A DNA stretch of 64,000 bases. Origin: Mytilus trossulus. Its lineage: Eukaryota. The stretch is from the NCBI RefSeq assembly GCF_036588685.1, contig NC_086379.1, forward strand, positions 7,192,001 to 7,256,000, read 5' to 3'. The position numbers and the translations under genes are program-made. The notes below the pieces were generated by a model. The model searched no databases. It worked only from the letters and a program-made list of their open reading frames with translations, and was not told the DNA's origin. Numbering within the stretch: position 1 is the stretch's first letter; each line of letters opens with the position of its first letter. Shown in pieces: positions 63,240 through 64,000 of this stretch.

Positions 63240-63815
63240 TTTTTAATTTTTTGAAATGCTTTTCCACCTCAGGAATAAATTTCCTTATCTGTTTTTGGCA
63301 AACCTTTAAGGAATTTTGATCCTCAATGCTCTTCACCTTAGTACTTTATTTGACTATTTTAATTTTTTTGAATTCGAGCGTCATTGATGATTCTTTTGTT
63401 GACGAAACGCGCATCTGGCGTAAATACAAATCCTGGTATCTACGATCAGTTTATTTACAACCACTGGGTCGATGCCACTGATTGTGGAGTTCAAATTCCC
63501 CGAGGGTATCACAAGCCCAGTATTCAGAACTTCTCTGCTGACAGGAACTTTCCTTGATATGGTCATATTTATAAATTAACTGTTTACAAAACTTTTGAAT
63601 TTTTGAAATACTAACTTAAGGCTTTTCTACCTTAGGAAAAGAATACCTTAGCTGCATTTGGCAAATTCTTAGGAATTTTTATCCTCATGCTCTTCAACTA
63701 TGTACTTTATTTGGCCTTTTTAGCTTTTTTGGATTCGATCGTCACTGTTGAGTCTTTTGTAGACGAAACGCGCGTCTGGCGTAAATACAAAATAAATCCT
63801 GGTATCTATGATGAT
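63240..63815 (+). mobile_element. Retrozyme-like tandem unit (361-bp period, two degenerate hammerheads)
   Basis: Hammerhead cores at 63384 (TTGATGA) and 63745 (CTGTTGA) with duplicated flanks. Confidence 0.7.
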
Positions 63816-64000
63816 TTTTTTTTACATAGATATTATACATATTACATGTACATAAAAAAAAACTGTGAAATAAAACAGCCATTAAAGTATACCAATTTGA
63901 TTAGGTTTAAAAAAAAATCTTGAATCTAAAGTTGTGTTTCAACAGCCGAGTTTAAACTTAATTGTTGGAAGAAACAGTATGTTTACATACACAGGAAATA

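Overview
AT-rich, intron-containing animal DNA. The repeat landscape suggests a bivalve, probably a Mytilus-type mussel (inference). There are four host genes, all on the minus strand: (1) a DZIP3-type HEPN domain plus long coiled-coil protein (~555 aa, 4852-9049); (2) a type II membrane HtrL/YibB-like putative glycosyltransferase (~349 aa, 41197-45572); (3) a complete Rac/Rho-family GTPase (194 aa, 53120-56668); and (4) a second, divergent tandem Rac-like gene that runs off the window end. Just upstream of the HEPN gene sit two apparently intact mobile elements about 190 bp apart. One is a 4-exon Crypton-type tyrosine recombinase element (~12198-15229) with an unusual end structure. The other is a very young full-length Ty3/Gypsy LTR retrotransposon (15419-26549) with a -1 frameshift and an extra zinc-finger ORF in the env position. 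The rest is MITEs, Penelope-like RT fragments, hammerhead-ribozyme (retrozyme-like) repeats, Helentron-type repeat arrays and minisatellites. The best candidate for an undescribed system is the recombinase element's end architecture: a one-ended long palindrome with a GCGAAGC loop, plus an internal splint complementary to the joined termini. Two unrelated non-coding repeat families in the window show the same layout. All gene models were spliced by eye and no database searches were run.
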